Below the pieces are notes generated by a model that was not told where the DNA came from, searched no databases, and worked only from the letters and a program-made list of their open reading frames with translations. Positions 26,600 through 39,510 of a stretch of DNA of 64,000 nucleotides are shown here, in pieces (the stretch's first letter is position 1; every line of letters begins with the position of its first letter). The stretch is taken from assembly GCF_030028105.1 (NCBI RefSeq), contig NC_092397.1:25058630-25122629 (forward strand). The letters are read 5' to 3'. Source of the DNA: Mobula birostris (Eukaryota). The translations under genes and the position numbers were made by a program.

Positions 26600-28640
26600 A
26601 GGACAAAGGACATTGTCTGGCCAGACTCTGTGTAACTGAGAACCTCAGGTCCGGGAAACATCCTTGGAAATCTGTTCTACGCTCTCCCCAGTTTAACCAC
26701 GTTTCCTATAACGGTGACAAGAGCTGTACACAAATCGGCAAGTGAGGCCTTCAGTCACTTACACAACTGTATCATAATGTCCCAACTGATATACTCTATC
26801 CCCTGACTAATGAAGACCAGCATATTAAACACCGTTCTTCATCACCCTGTCTACAAGTGACACAACTTTCAATGAACTGTGTGTTCACTTTACCCCTAAA
26901 TCTCTGCGGCCCATTACACTCCCCAATGACCGATCATTCATAGTGTAAGCTCTACACTGGTTTGACTTTCCAATATTTACCGCCTCACACTTGTCTGAAA
27001 TGAGCTGGAATGTCTTAGACCACATTCAAATGGGCAGAGTTCTGTATTGCACACTTTAAGATGCATTAAGGTTCTTAATTCTCCAGGGCCTTACCAGGTA
27101 CATTCCCGTACTTTGTGGGAAGCTGGAAAATACACTGTGGATGCCAGGGGAGAGATCGTTGCTTCATCTCAGGCCACAGCTAGACAGTGACTAATCCAGA
27201 ATTGATGGTTTTAAGGCCAACTCTGTGGATGACACAAAGAGAGATGTAAAGGCAGGCAATGCTGAGGAAGCAGGGAGCCTGCAGTAGCACTTGGACAGAT
27301 TTAGAGAATGGACAAGGAAGTGCCAGATGAAATACAGTGTAAGGAGGTGTGTGGTCATTTACTCTGGTGGGAGAAATAAAGGTGTAAGCTCTTTGTAATT
27401 AGGGAGTGAATTGAGAAATCAGATGTGCAAAGGGACTTTGGGGTCCCCTAAAGGTCAATGTGCACGTTGAGCTGGTAATATTTTATACTTTATACTTTAT
27501 TGTCGCCAAACAATTGGTACTAGAACATACAATCATCACAGCAATATTTGGTTCTCTGCTTCACACTCCCTGGATTACAAATATTAAATATTAAAAATAG
27601 TTAAAATTAGTAAATATTAAAAATTTAAATTATAAATCATAAATAGAAAAATAGGAAGTAAGGTAGTGCAAAAAAAAACCAGAGGCAGGTCTGGATATTT
27701 GGAGGGTACGGCCCAGATCCGGGTCAGGATCCATTCAGCAGTCTTATCATAGCTGGAAAGAAGCTGTTCCCAAATCTGGCCGTACGAGTCTTCAAACTCC
27801 TGAACCTTCTCCTGGAGGGAAGAGGGACGAAAAATGTGTTGGCTGGGTGGGTCGTGTCCAATAAGGAATAAGGAAGGCAAATGTAATGTTTCCATTCATT
27901 TCAAGAGAACTAGAATATAAAAACAAACATCAAATGCTGAGGCTTTACAAGGGTTTGGTCAGACCGTATTTGGAGGATTATGAGCAGATTTGGGTCACTT
28001 TTCAGCTGCTGGCATTGCAGGGGAGACTCACGGGAATGACCCCGGGACTGAAGGGACAACGACGTAATGATCATTTGATGCTCTCGGCCTGTACTGGCTG
28101 GAGTCTAGAGGAATGACAGAGGATAGTATTGAAAACTATTGAATATTGAAAGCCCTGGATGGAGTTGATGTGAGAGGAAGCAAATGTCAGATACTCAAGA
28201 GCAGAGCTTTAATTAAATGGAGGGAGGGGATATTTAAAATAGATTTAGGAGGTGAACTCCTTATACAGAATATAAGGAGTTGTTTCTCCAACTGAAGCGT
28301 GGCCTCATCACGACTCTGGAGGAGGCCATCACTGGACATATCAGAATGGGAACGGGAAGTGGAATTAAAATGGGTGGCCACTGCTCTGGTGGATGGAGTG
28401 CTGATCCATGGTGAAGTGGTCTCCCAATCTACGTCGGGTCTCATCGATATGTAGGAGGCCACACCAGGAGCACTGAACACAGTATATCACCCCAACAGAC
28501 TTCCAGGTGAGGCAGCACCACCTATAAGGACTGTTGAGGGCCCTGAAAGGTAGTGAGGGGTAGGGGCAGGTGTAGCACTTATTCTGCCTGCAAGAATAAG
28601 CGCCAGGAGGGAGATCAGCGGGAAGGATGAATGGACAAGG
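26600..28640. mobile_element. CR1, Rex1-type (27480-27860 -) and Penelope (28190-28640 -) fragments
   Basis: LYKGLVRPYLE; VIYCVQCS.CGLLHI.ETRRRLGDHF; TAAAGTA-repeat tail. Confidence 0.75.
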
Positions 28641-28654
28641 TAGAAGTAACACTT

Positions 28655-30960
28655 TCAGTACGCTGGATGAACTCAGCAGGTCGGGCAGCATCAGTCAGAA
28701 ACGATGAGTGGACGTTTCGGGCCGGAACCCTTCATCAGGACTGAAGAATGAGAGATGGGTAAGGATTTGAAGAATGCTTGTAGCGTCAACTGATAGACCA
28801 GTAATTTGAAGAACAAAGGGGTGGGGGAGGGGAAGCAATGATGTCATAGCCCTGAAAACAATGGGTGATAGAAGAAGGAGGCGGAACAATGAGGGAGCTG
28901 GGGGAGGGGTAGAGTGAAATAGGGATGGAGGAAGGGAGGGGGAGGGAATTACTGGAAGTTGGAGAATTCTATGTTCATACCAAGGGGCTGGACACTACAT
29001 AGACGGTATATGAGATGTTGCTCCTCCAACCTGAGTTTAGCCTCATCATGGCAATAGAGGAGACCATAGATGGACATATCTGAATGGAAATGGGAAGCAG
29101 AGTTGAAGTGGATGGCTACCGGGAGATCCTGTCTGTTGTGGCCGATGGAGTGGAGGTGCTCGACGAAGTGGTCCCCCAATCTGCGTCGGGTTTCACCGAT
29201 GTAGAGGAGGCCGCACCGGATGCAATAGATGACCCCAACAGACTCACAAGTGAAGTGTGGCCTCACCTGGAAGGACTGTTTGGGGCCCTGAATGGTTGCA
29301 AGAGATGAGGTGTAGGGACAGGTGTAGCCCTTACACTTACAGGGATAAGTGCCGGGCGGGAGATCAGTGGGGATGGACGTGTGGATAAGGGAGTCGTGGA
29401 GGGACCAATCCCTGTGGAAAGCGGAGAGGGGTGGAGAGGGAAAGATGTGCTTAGTGGTGGGGTCCTGTTGAAGGTGGCGGAAGTTGCGGAGGATAATGTG
29501 CTGGATCCGGAGGCTGGTGGGGTGGTAGGTGAGGACAAGGGGAACTCTGTCCCTGTTGTGGTTGCGGGAGGATGGGGTGAGGGTCGAAGTGCGGGAAATG
29601 GAGGAGATGTGGGTGAGGGCATCATTGATGACGGTAGAAGGGAAAACACGATCCTTAAAGAGAGATGACATTTGAGATGTCCTGGAACGGAAAGCCTCAT
29701 CCTGGGAGCAGATGCGGCAGAGACAGAGGAACTGGGAATAGGGAGTGCCAGTTTTGCATGTGGCAGGGTGGGAAGAGGTATAGTCAAGGTAGTTATGAGA
29801 GCCAGTGGGCGTGTAGAAGATGTCAGTGGACAGTCTGTCTCCAGAGATGGAGACCGAGACATCGAGAAAGGGGAGAGAAGTGTCCAAGATAGAGTAAGTG
29901 AATTTGAGGGTTGGGTGGAAGTTTGAGGTAAAGTCGATGAAATTGATGAGCTCAGCACGGGTGCAGGAAGCAGCACCAATGTAGTTGTCAATGTACCGAA
30001 GGAAAAGTTGGGAAGCAGTACCAAAATAGGTTTGGAGCACAGACTGTTCCACATAACCAACGAAGAGACAGGCGTAGCTGGGTCCCATGTGAGTTCCCAT
30101 AGCTACACCTTTAGTCTGAAGAAAGTGGGAAGAGCCAAAAGGGAAGTTATTGAGTGTGAGAACCAGTTCCGCCAACTGGAGGAGGGTAGTGGTGGTGGGG
30201 AACTGGTGAGGTCTATTATCCAGGAAGTAGCGGAGGGCTTTGAGGCCTTCTTGATGGGCAATGGAGGTGTATAAGGATTGGACATCCATAGTAAAAATGT
30301 ATGGTCTGGGACTGGGGAATTGGAAGTTATTGAAGAGGTGGAGGGCATGAGATGTATCCCAGATGTAGGTGGGGAGGGACTGAACTATGGGTGACCAAAT
30401 GGAGTCCAGTTAGGCAGATACAAGTTCAGTGGGACAGGAGCAGGCAATCAGGCTTGTGTATCTTTGGGAGGAGGTAAAACCGAGCGGTACAGGGTGTGGG
30501 AATAATGAGTTTAGCGGCTGAGGATGGAAGGTCTCCTGAGTTGATAAGGGCGGTGATGGTGCAGGAGACAATGGTTTGATGTTTTTTGATGGGGTCCTGT
30601 TCCAGTGGTAAGTAAGAGGAGGTGTCAGAGAGCTGACCTTTTGCCTCAGTAAGGTAGAGGTCCGTCCGCCAGACTACTACGGCACCACCTTTGTCAGCAT
30701 GTTTGATGGTGAGGTTGGGATTAGTGTGAAGAGAGTGGAGGGCAGTGTGTTCAGAGGGAGTGAGGTTGGAACAGGAGAGAGGAGTGGTGAGGTTGAGACG
30801 GTTGATGTTTCGGTGACAAGGCCAATGGACAAGGTAGTTGTGTAGGGAGCAATCCCTGTGGAAAGCAAAGAGATGTGTTTGGTGGTGGGATCCTGTTGGA
30901 GATGGCAGAAGTTTCAGAGAATTATGTGCTGGACACGGAAGCTGGTGTGGTGGCAGGTGG
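28655..30960 (-). mobile_element. Penelope-like element (RT + GIY-YIG endonuclease), near-complete but inactive
   Basis: 446-aa ORF 28949..30289 contains MDVQSLYT, GVAMGT.MGPSYA, YIDN (catalytic YIDD mutated) and VIYCIRC..LYIGET.R.L..F.EH; terminal hammerhead motif at 28707-28742. Confidence 0.93.
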
Positions 30961-31109
30961 TAACTAGTAAAGTTTAAGAGGTGTTTGGTCAGGCACAAAC
31001 AGGCAGGGACTGGAGGGATATGGACAGGTTCAGCCAGATGGGATCAGTTGTGGTCAGTGCAGACACTGTGGGCTGAAGGGCCTTTCCCTGTGCCGGACTG
31101 TCCCACGTG

Positions 31110-31680
31110 TGTTGTGTGTTGAAACTCAGACGGACACTCACTGTTACCGGTCGGCAGGCAGGAAGAGAAGAAGCCGATGTTCACAGTGGAGGCGCAGTCA
31201 GGTCCACCAGTCCGCTCCCACATCCACATGGCAATGGCAGAGAACAAGGAGCAGCTCGTCTCAGCACCTCTGTGGCCCATTCCATCACCTCTCATTCTTC
31301 CAAAGGGCAGCAAGTTCAGACCGACCCTTCAGTTCAGTCGCTGCCGCCCCGCCGGGGGGAGGAAGCCTCACCTCCCATTTGCAGCGGCCCAGGAGGCGGG
31401 GCAGAGTGAGCTGTCAATCAAAGGAGCCGCTGGTAAAGCTGCAAATGGGTCAATGTACTCTTCATGGAAAAGGGCCGCTTGGCGGGGGAAACCTCAACTC
31501 GACCCCGGGTCCAGGGCCCTCCCCGACCCTGGGGACTTTTCCAAGACTGCACCCTGGCTCTGAGACGTCTTTCCGCAAGATGCTGTCCTGTCACGTGACA
31601 TCACGGCCGCAGCCCGGGGGGAGGAGCGATGTAGCTGTCAATCAGAGGAGCGGCAGCGGGCCGTCACTGTGCACGGAGGG
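31110..31680 (-). promoter_or_regulatory. CpG-rich promoter / first-exon module paralogous to 7270-7550
   Basis: Minus-strand TGATTGACAG at 31411-31420 and 31635-31644, GTCACGTGAC 31590-31599, GC box, donor ACA|GTGAGT at 31141. Confidence 0.6.
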
Positions 31681-32139
31681 ATTTTGGTGTCGAAACTGTA
31701 ACTGGAGGGAAAATGAACCTCTTGTAAACGAAAACAATAAAGATGTGGAAAATGGAAATGAGCGAGGTACGGTATAAAACTAGACAGATGTGAAATCTAA
31801 TGCTGAGATGTTTAATATGAATCAATTTATTGCTGAGAATTTTAGCTTCATTTGTAAAGCACAGTGAATCTGGGAGATAGAGCGGGATTTAATGGCAGAA
31901 AGTAAAGAGATAGTAGATTAACAAGGAGATATCAGGCACCGGCTTGGTAATATTTATTTTCCCACACCGCTGCATACTGGGCGCTGTTCTGGTGAACACA
32001 CTGTTGGACGAACATGATTGCACTGTAATCTGTAACCTTTTGCTCTCGTCCCCATCCCCCTGTCAATCCGAGGGAGCAGGAATGAACCTTCCTGACAGTG
32101 TAGAGCAGATTTACCAGGATGTTGCCTTTCCATTGTGTG

Positions 32140-35100
32140 ACCGTAAAATACAGGAGCAGAATTAGTCTATTTGGCCCATTAAGACTGCTCTGTCATTTCA
32201 TCCATTTCCCTGTCAATCCTAATCTCCTGACCTGCCCCAAATCCCTTATGCCCTGACTAATCAAGAAACTATCAACCCCTTCCTTAAATATACTCAATGA
32301 CGGCCTCCACAGTTGCCTCTGGCAATGAATTCCACTCTCTGACAGGAAATTCCTCCTCATCTCTGTTTAAATGGATGTCCCTCTATTCTGAGGCCATGCC
32401 CTCTGATCCTAGACTCCCCCTCCATTGGAAATGTCATCTCCATATCCACTCGACCATGGCCTTTCAACATTTGAGAGGTTTCAATGAGATTCCCTCTCAT
32501 TCATCTGAATTCTGGTGAGTACAGGCCCTGAACATTCAAATGGTCTTCATATGATAACCCTTTCAATCCCAGAGTCTTTCTCATGACGTCCTCTGAACCT
32601 TCACACCCTTTCTTAGATAAGGGACTCAGAATTGCTCACAATACTCCAAGTGAGTCCTTACCAGTGCCTTATAAAGCCTCAACATGACATCACTGGTTCT
32701 TCTATTCTAGTTCTCTCGACACTGTATCCCATTTGACATTAATTATCCATTCTCGTAATCTGCCTAAGACCTTCTGTAGCCTCTCTGCTTCCTCAGCACT
32801 ATTTGCCCCTCCACCTATTTTCGTCATGTCCAAAAACTTGGCCACAAAGCCATCAATTTCGCTATTCAAATTATTATTGACATATAGGGTAAAAAGAAGC
32901 TGTCCTAAAAATGATCCCTGTAGAACACTGCAGCCAACCAGCAAAGGCTCATTTTATTACCACTCTGACCCCTGGAAATCAGCCTGTATCTTTCTTGTAA
33001 CATCATGAGCTCTTCACTTGTTAAGCAGCCTCATGTGCAGCACCTTGTCAAACGTCTACTGCAAATCCAAGTAAACAACACCCACCCATCCACTGATTCT
33101 CCATTCTCTATCCTGCTTGTTATTTCTTCAAAGCATTTCAACACATTTGGCAGCCAAGATTTTCTCTCAAGGAAACCATGCTGACTATGGCTTATCTTAT
33201 CATGTGACTTAAAGTACCCCAAAAACACGTCCTTGACAATCGACTCCAACATCTCTGCAGCCACTGAGGTCAGACTAACTGGCCTGTGATTTTCTAGCTT
33301 CTGCTTCCCTCCCTTCTTTAAGAGTGGAGTGACATTTGCAATTTTCCTGTCCTCTGGAACCATGCCAGAATCCAGTGATTCTTGGAGAATCATTTCAAAT
33401 GCCTCCACAATCTCTTCAAGCAGCGCTTTCATAGCACTGTTGTAGACAATCTGGTCCCGGTGATTTATCTACCTTCAGATTTTTCAGGTTCACAAACACC
33501 TTCTAGTAATGGCTACTTCTCTCACTTCTGCCCTCTGACTCTTTTGGACTTCCAGCATACTGCTTTTGTCATCCACAGTGAAGACTGATGCAAAATACTT
33601 ACTCAGTTTGTCTGTCATTTCCCTGCACCATGTTACTACCTCTCCAGCATCAGCTTTCTGCGCTCTGATATCTACTCTCAATTCCATTTTGCTCTTCATC
33701 TATCTGAGTAAACGTTTGGTATCCTCTTTACTACTATTGGCTAGCTGACTTTCGTATTCCATCTTTTACCCCTTGTTATGGCTTTTCAGTTGACCTTGTT
33801 GGTTTTAAAAAGCTTCCCAATTCTCTAACTTCCCAATAATTTTAGCTGCAATTTTGTCTTTGGCTTATATGTTGGATAAAGATTTCCATTGTCAAATCTG
33901 CATTATCCGGACTGTAGAATACTACTTCGTCTACAAGGGAACTATCTCACCAACTTGCCCCCAGAAATTCATGCCACTGCTACTTTGCCGTCATCCCTGC
34001 TAGTGTCCCCTTCCAATCAATGATGTCAGATTGGATGGTTTGAGTTTCCTTTCCTCAGAAAGGAGCAGAATCTGAGAGGGTGTGCCAGATTGTGAGGGGT
34101 GTTGTTAGGACAGACAGTGAAAAGCCTTTCCCCATAACACTGTCGTCTAAAATTTAGTACACAGGTAGAAGAACATAGAACAGTACAGGATAGATCCCTT
34201 GGCCCACAACGATGAGGCAAGATTTAATGTAACGCTGGGGAGTTGAAGCATTTGCTTGAGAGGCTTCAGTGAGAGGAGGCTGAGAAGACAGACTGTTAAG
34301 ATCTGAGAAGTCGTGCTTTCATGCTTTACTTTCAGACTGAGGACAGTGGAGTAATCAGCTGGGGCAGTGGTGTGTTCACCCTGTGGGCCTTGTGACACAA
34401 AAGAGACTCTCAGTGTCTCTGAGGACTACACCGTGGGATGTGCACCCAGATCCAGCTCCTCACTGACTGTATGAAGGAAGTGGAGCTGAAGGTGGACATA
34501 CTGAGGACCAGACAGGGCACTGAGTGTATTACAGATTGGAGTTTCAGTGAGGTGGTCTCTCCTGAGGTACAGGCAGCAGGTAGCTGAGTGACTGCGAGGA
34601 GAGGTAACGGGAACAGGCCCTCAGTACAGCAAGCTCCTGTGGCCATTCCCCTCAGCAACACTGAACCTCTTTTTGCTACTGCTGGGGGATGTCCTGTCAC
34701 TGAGACTGGCTCTGAAGCTTACCGGGTGAGGGCTGTCAGCCAGGGTGATCGTTCTGGGTAAATCAACAGATGGGTTGGAATTTAGGATGAGTCCACAGTG
34801 AGGTGGCTGATTGTCTTTCCCATGGAAGAGAGTGGTTAGTGGTGCATGGGTCCTGTTCTGGGTGGAGGTCTGTGATGAGTCGTCAACCAGAGAGGTTTGT
34901 ACTGGGACATCGGTTGTTCGTGATGTAAATGATGTGGATAAAAATGTAGTAGTGCAGGTTTACAGATGACACGCAATTTGGTGGCACTGGTCATTGCACA
35001 GAAGAGTTCCAAGCGATACAGCAGGATATTGAACAGTTGCTGATATGGCAGGAACATTGACAGTATTGACAAAGAGAAGGATGTTGGGGTCCAAGCACAC

Positions 35101-36450
35101 AGTCTCACTGAAACTGCGAGCACAGTTTGACAGGGAGGTGAAGTCATGTATGACATGTTTGTCTTCCTCAGGCAAGGCATTGAGTTCAAGCACCAGGACA
35201 TTATGTTACAGGTTTCTAAAAGCTGGTGAGGCCACATTGAGAGTACAGTGCTCAGTTCTGGTCACCTCATTATTGGAAGCGTGTGGAGGTTGTGGAGCAG
35301 GTGCAGAGGTGGTTTACCAGGATGTCTGGTCTGGAGGTGGTGTTCGGTGAGGAGAGGCTGTACATGCTGGAGCTTTTTCCTCTAGTGGCGTCAGCTCAGG
35401 AGCGAGTTGATAGAAATTTATAGATGTTTGCAGTTCATAGTTGGTGTAGATAGCTAGCAATACTTTTCACAGGAGTGAATTGCCTTCTACTAGTTGGCAT
35501 GTATTTAAGGTCAGAGGAGGGATGTGAAGAAAACAGAGTAGTGGAGGTTTTGAATGCACTGTCAGGGGTGGTGGCAGAGGCAGAGAACACAGGAGTATTT
35601 AAGGAAATCTCAGACAGGCACAGGAATATGTAGAGAAGGGCCAAAGTGCTACTCCTGTACTGTCCTGTGTTTATGAACAGCAGATGGCCCCAGGCATGGA
35701 TTCATGCACGATGCTGGGATATTATATCCCGAATGATAAATGGTTGTGCAAGGGGCAACAAATGCCACAAATACCTGTGGCATTTCACAGTACAAATGCT
35801 ACAGGTATGATGGAGTGGAGGGAAGAGGAGGAAGAGATGTGCTTGATCAGAGAGAACATCTCAGTGGTACTTGGAGATTGTCCCAATAATATTGAAGTAA
35901 GGAAGGGATAGCAAACACCAGAGGGCATATGGACAAAGTCAAGGGAGGGAAGTTTAGGGCAGCATTCAGGGGTAAATTTTTTTACACAGAGGGTTGTGGG
36001 TGCCTGGAATGACTTGCCAGGGACGGTGGTGGAGGCTAAAACATGAGGGGTAATTTAAGAGCCTCTTGGACAGGGACATGGATGAAAGAAATACAGAGGG
36101 TTACGGAGTAGTGTGTGTTTAGTACTTTTTTGAAAGGAATCTAAGGGTCGGCACAACATCGAGGGCTGAAAGGCCTGTACTGTGCTGTGCTGTTCTAGGG
36201 TTTTGATGGGATTGTATTATTGGCCATCAAATATCAGGAGTCAACAAGGTTGTAATAGAGGGACATTTCAACTTCTCTCACGCTGACTGGGACAGCCGTA
36301 ATGCCAAGGGTTTGGTGGATCAGAATTTATTCAATGTGCCCAGGAGATTCTTCTCAATCAGTATTTCGAAGTTCCTACCAGAGACAGGACAACACTGAAC
36401 CTCTTTGAGGGAAATCAGACTCGACAAGTGACGGGTCCTTCGGTGCTGGA
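32140..36450. mobile_element. CR1 LINE fragments (32140-34020 -, 34400-36450 +)
   Basis: VPED.KIANVTPL.KKG..NHRPVSLTSV; SQHGF; QGSFLGQLLF.LYVN. Confidence 0.85.
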
Positions 36451-36459
36451 GACCTCGAC

Positions 36460-36535
36460 CCACCCACCCACCCCCTCCCTGGCACAAACCAAAGTCTGTT
36501 CTCAGAGCGACCCACCGCCTCACAGAGGGAGCCTC
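36460..36535 (+). pseudogene. Orphan histone H4 3' UTR with a decayed stem-loop; CDS absent
   Basis: 'gcacaaaccaaaGTCTGTTCTCAGAGCGacccaccgcctcacagagggagcc' aligns to the H4 3' end at 23080-23131. Confidence 0.8.
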
Positions 36536-37086
36536 TCGGGAGATCTGACCAAACTCTCTCGCAAAATATTCATTTATGTTTCAGAGACCTGGGTGGACGA
36601 GATTTCCAGTAAATACTGTCAGTTCCACAGGGTAAATGCACTTTTGTAGATAAATGTAAAGATTATTGTTCTGTGAGGCGGTGGGAATTCTCATGAAGCA
36701 ACGAACAGGCGATTTTCCCGCCAGCTGCACACCGGAACGGTCCCGGGTCAACCCGCAATGTCAAACCCAGCCAGCGCGGATTCAGTCATGAAGAGCGGAT
36801 CGTTCAATGATCGGAGATTAAATTCTCTGTCCGGGGGCTGACTCTGGAAATTAATTTCACGACCCTGGGCCTAGTGAACCCGCTGACTCTCCGCAAGGGG
36901 AGAGCTCCATTGCGCCGGCAGAGAGGGGAAATGAGTCAGGACCGAAGCGGACCGATTTCTGTGCAGATATATATCGGTTTACTTCGCGGAAGAAACGTGA
37001 CGGACATTGAACTGTGACAGATACAGAGTCCAGTTACTCTGAACGGAAATCACCCGCTGCTCAGCCCTTCCACAGACACCGTGAGT

Positions 37087-37102
37087 GGCTCTGAAAAGAG
37101 CC
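37087..37102 (-). terminator. Histone 3' stem-loop (H2A)
   Basis: Minus strand GGCTCTTTTCAGAGCC. Confidence 0.95.
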
Positions 37103-37132
37103 TTTGGGTAAATAGGTTCAGCTTACGTCGCT

Positions 37133-37516
37133 TCACTTACTGGCACCGCCGGTTTTCTTGGGCAACAGCACGGCCTGGATATTGGGTAACACACCGCCCT
37201 GAGCGATAGTCACCCCTCCCAGCAGCTTGTTCAGCTCCTCGTCGTTGCGGACGGCCAATTGCAGGTGTCGGGGGATGATGCGGGTTTTCTTATTGTCGCG
37301 GGCCGCATTGCCGGCCAATTCGAGGATTTCGGCTGTCAGATACTCGAGTACAGCAGCCAGATAGACCGGGGCTCCGGCACCCACCCGCTCAGCATAGTTG
37401 CCCTTTCTTAGGAGTCTGTGAACCCGGCCGACCGGGAACTGCAGTCCAGCCCGAGATGAGCGAGATTTGGCCTTGGACCGAACTTTGCCAGCGGTGCCTT
37501 TTCCACGTCCAGACAT
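37133..37516 (-). CDS. H2A: Histone H2A (127 aa)
   Basis: MSGRGK...[12 protein letters not shown]...VLLPKKT; true ATG at 37516, downstream of the TATA at ~37588. Confidence 0.98.
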   Translation of the reverse strand: MSGRGKGTAGKVRSKAKSRSSRAGLQFPVGRVHRLLRKGNYAERVGAGAPVYLAAVLEYLTAEILELAGNAARDNKKTRIIPRHLQLAVRNDEELNKLLGGVTIAQGGVLPNIQAVLLPKKTGGASK

Positions 37517-37559
37517 TTCCACAATCACAGTAACTGCTCCACCGAGGATGAAAGAATGC

Positions 37560-37700
37560 TCGCCCCGCCCCATCTCGCCTTTTTTATACCTTCTTTGAGA
37601 ATGCAAACTGATGTTTGTGATTGGTGTAACCGTGCTTATTCTCATTGGTGAAGAGAAACATCCCAATCGAAGAGCTGCCTTAATCACCAATCAGCAGTCC
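37560..37700 (-). promoter_or_regulatory. H2A promoter (TATA plus four CCAAT boxes)
   Basis: Minus-strand TATAAAA at 37588; ATTGG at 37620 and 37644; CCAAT at 37663 and 37687. Confidence 0.8.
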
Positions 37701-38398
37701 GTAAAGATAGAAGCGCGGAAAGTAACCGTCTCCTCCCCAAAGTGCACTGAAATTTCGAAAAAACCCGCCAAAAAAATAAATCTCTTGTTCAGATTTAATC
37801 AGAAATTAAATAATTGCTGATCTGTTTGACGACTGAGTGTTCGCATTTCCCCGTTACTGAAACCGGGCACATTTAATGCAAGTGTAGTTGATATTGAAAT
37901 ATCTGAGAACTCAATTCTCTAATTTCATTCAACCCGTAACGGAACCGAGTAAAACTGAATCTCAGCTTCTGTCCGGTGCCGGTCATTCTGTAAACGTTAT
38001 CAGGTTATGGACAAACGGCTCTTCTCAAACTGTGACCAGCGGCTAGTCTACAATTTAAAAATGTTCTATGAAACAATCATGAACTCGTTCAGGCCTCGCA
38101 TTGAAATAATATTCAGAGAAGTTACCCAACTGTAACTAATAAACTCCTGAACCCGCAGCTAAAACAGCAACGGCAGCAATCCTCCGCTCGACATGGATAC
38201 CGGCAGGGGCGGACTGATGAGGATGGGAAGGTAACAAGTCCGCGTCAGGGCAGTGGGAGGAATGTAAAGCACGGGGATTATACGGAGATGAACCGGATAC
38301 TCCAACCCTACCTTAGCTCTTGTAAAAGACACAAGACATAAAATGTGTGCAATTTAGTGTCTAAATTTTAGTACAACCCTCTCAGTGAAATCGTGAGT

Positions 38399-38414
38399 GG
38401 CTCTTAAAAGAGCC
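38399..38414 (-). terminator. Histone 3' stem-loop (H2B)
   Basis: Minus strand GGCTCTTTTAAGAGCC. Confidence 0.95.
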
Positions 38415-38445
38415 GTTGTGTTTTCGATCATCGCACTGGGGAGCT

Positions 38446-38820
38446 TTACTTGGAGCTGGTGTACTTGGTCACCGCCTTTGTCCCTTCGGACACGGCGTGC
38501 TTGGCCAGCTCCCCGGGCAGCAGCAGGCGCACGGCGGTCTGGATCTCCCGTGAGGTGATGGTTGACCGCTTGTTGTAGTGGGCCAGGCGGGAAGCCTCGC
38601 CCCCGATTCTCTCGAAGATATCGTTGACGAACGAGTTCATGATGCTCATGGCCTTGGAGGAGATGCCAGTATCGGGGTGAACCTGCTTCATCACTTTGTA
38701 GATATAGATGGAGTAACTCTCCTTCCTCAGCCTCTTGCGCTTCTTCCCTGCCTTGCCCGCTGGTTTGGACAAAACTTTCTTGGAGCCCTTCTTCGGAGAG
38801 GGTTTCGCAGGCTCAGGCAT
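38446..38820 (-). CDS. H2B: Histone H2B
   Basis: 124-aa H2B; TATTTAA box and octamer-like ATGCTAAT (38898) upstream. Confidence 0.98.
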   Translation of the reverse strand: MPEPAKPSPKKGSKKVLSKPAGKAGKKRKRLRKESYSIYIYKVMKQVHPDTGISSKAMSIMNSFVNDIFERIGGEASRLAHYNKRSTITSREIQTAVRLLLPGELAKHAVSEGTKAVTKYTSSK

Positions 38821-39510
38821 TTCTTCCGTCGGTTTCAGACCCTGAAGAAGCAGAACTCACTCGGAGCACGAATTAAATAGGCAGCGCCCGGAACAGTATG
38901 CTAATGAGGAATGGGAGGCCTTGGATTCCCAATGGCTATTTGAAGATTCTATTCATACAGTAAAGTCATTTGATTGGCTCTCTGAAGGCACACGCTCAAC
39001 TAATCATAACTCTCTCTCTTGACTGCCCCGGTTCGCTTGGGTAAAACTGCGGACTGGGAACTGGAATCCGGTGAGTTGCCGCTGCCGGTTAATTCCTCAG
39101 GAAGGAAATCTAACGTACAAAATGGACCATAAGGCACAGGAGCAGTATTCGGCATTTGGCTCATTGTGTCTGCGAGAAAAGCAGAAGGAATGAGAAAAAC
39201 ACACACTCGATAATATAAAACGTTTATGTAATGAAACAGGGCAGCAGGAGATTGAAGGTCCAATTGTCATCATGAGACCCATTTCTGTGTGAGGTTGAAA
39301 GTCGTTTATTGTCATATGCAACTTGCTTGCAGCAGATTCATAGACACACAGATTCAGAGACACACCATTCACAAGATAAAAACATGCACTACAGAATTAC
39401 AAAGAGGTAACAGAATTTGAACAAGAGTCCATTGTAGTATAAAGTGGTCAAAGCGGTGCTGTACTGAGATGGTGATGAGGGTTGTCCAGGTTTGTTAAAC
39501 AACAGAATGT

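Noticed and set aside
28949-30289. Penelope ORF as an active or domesticated reverse transcriptase
   Set aside because: Catalytic YIDD reads YIDN and the upstream part is frameshifted
31109-31777. 222-aa ORF
   Set aside because: No recognisable domain; GC-rich promoter DNA with few stops
37517-37690. N-terminally extended H2A (185 aa) and H2B (131 aa, 47598)
   Set aside because: The extensions start at non-ATG codons in the promoter or 5' UTR; canonical ATGs lie at 37516 and 47577
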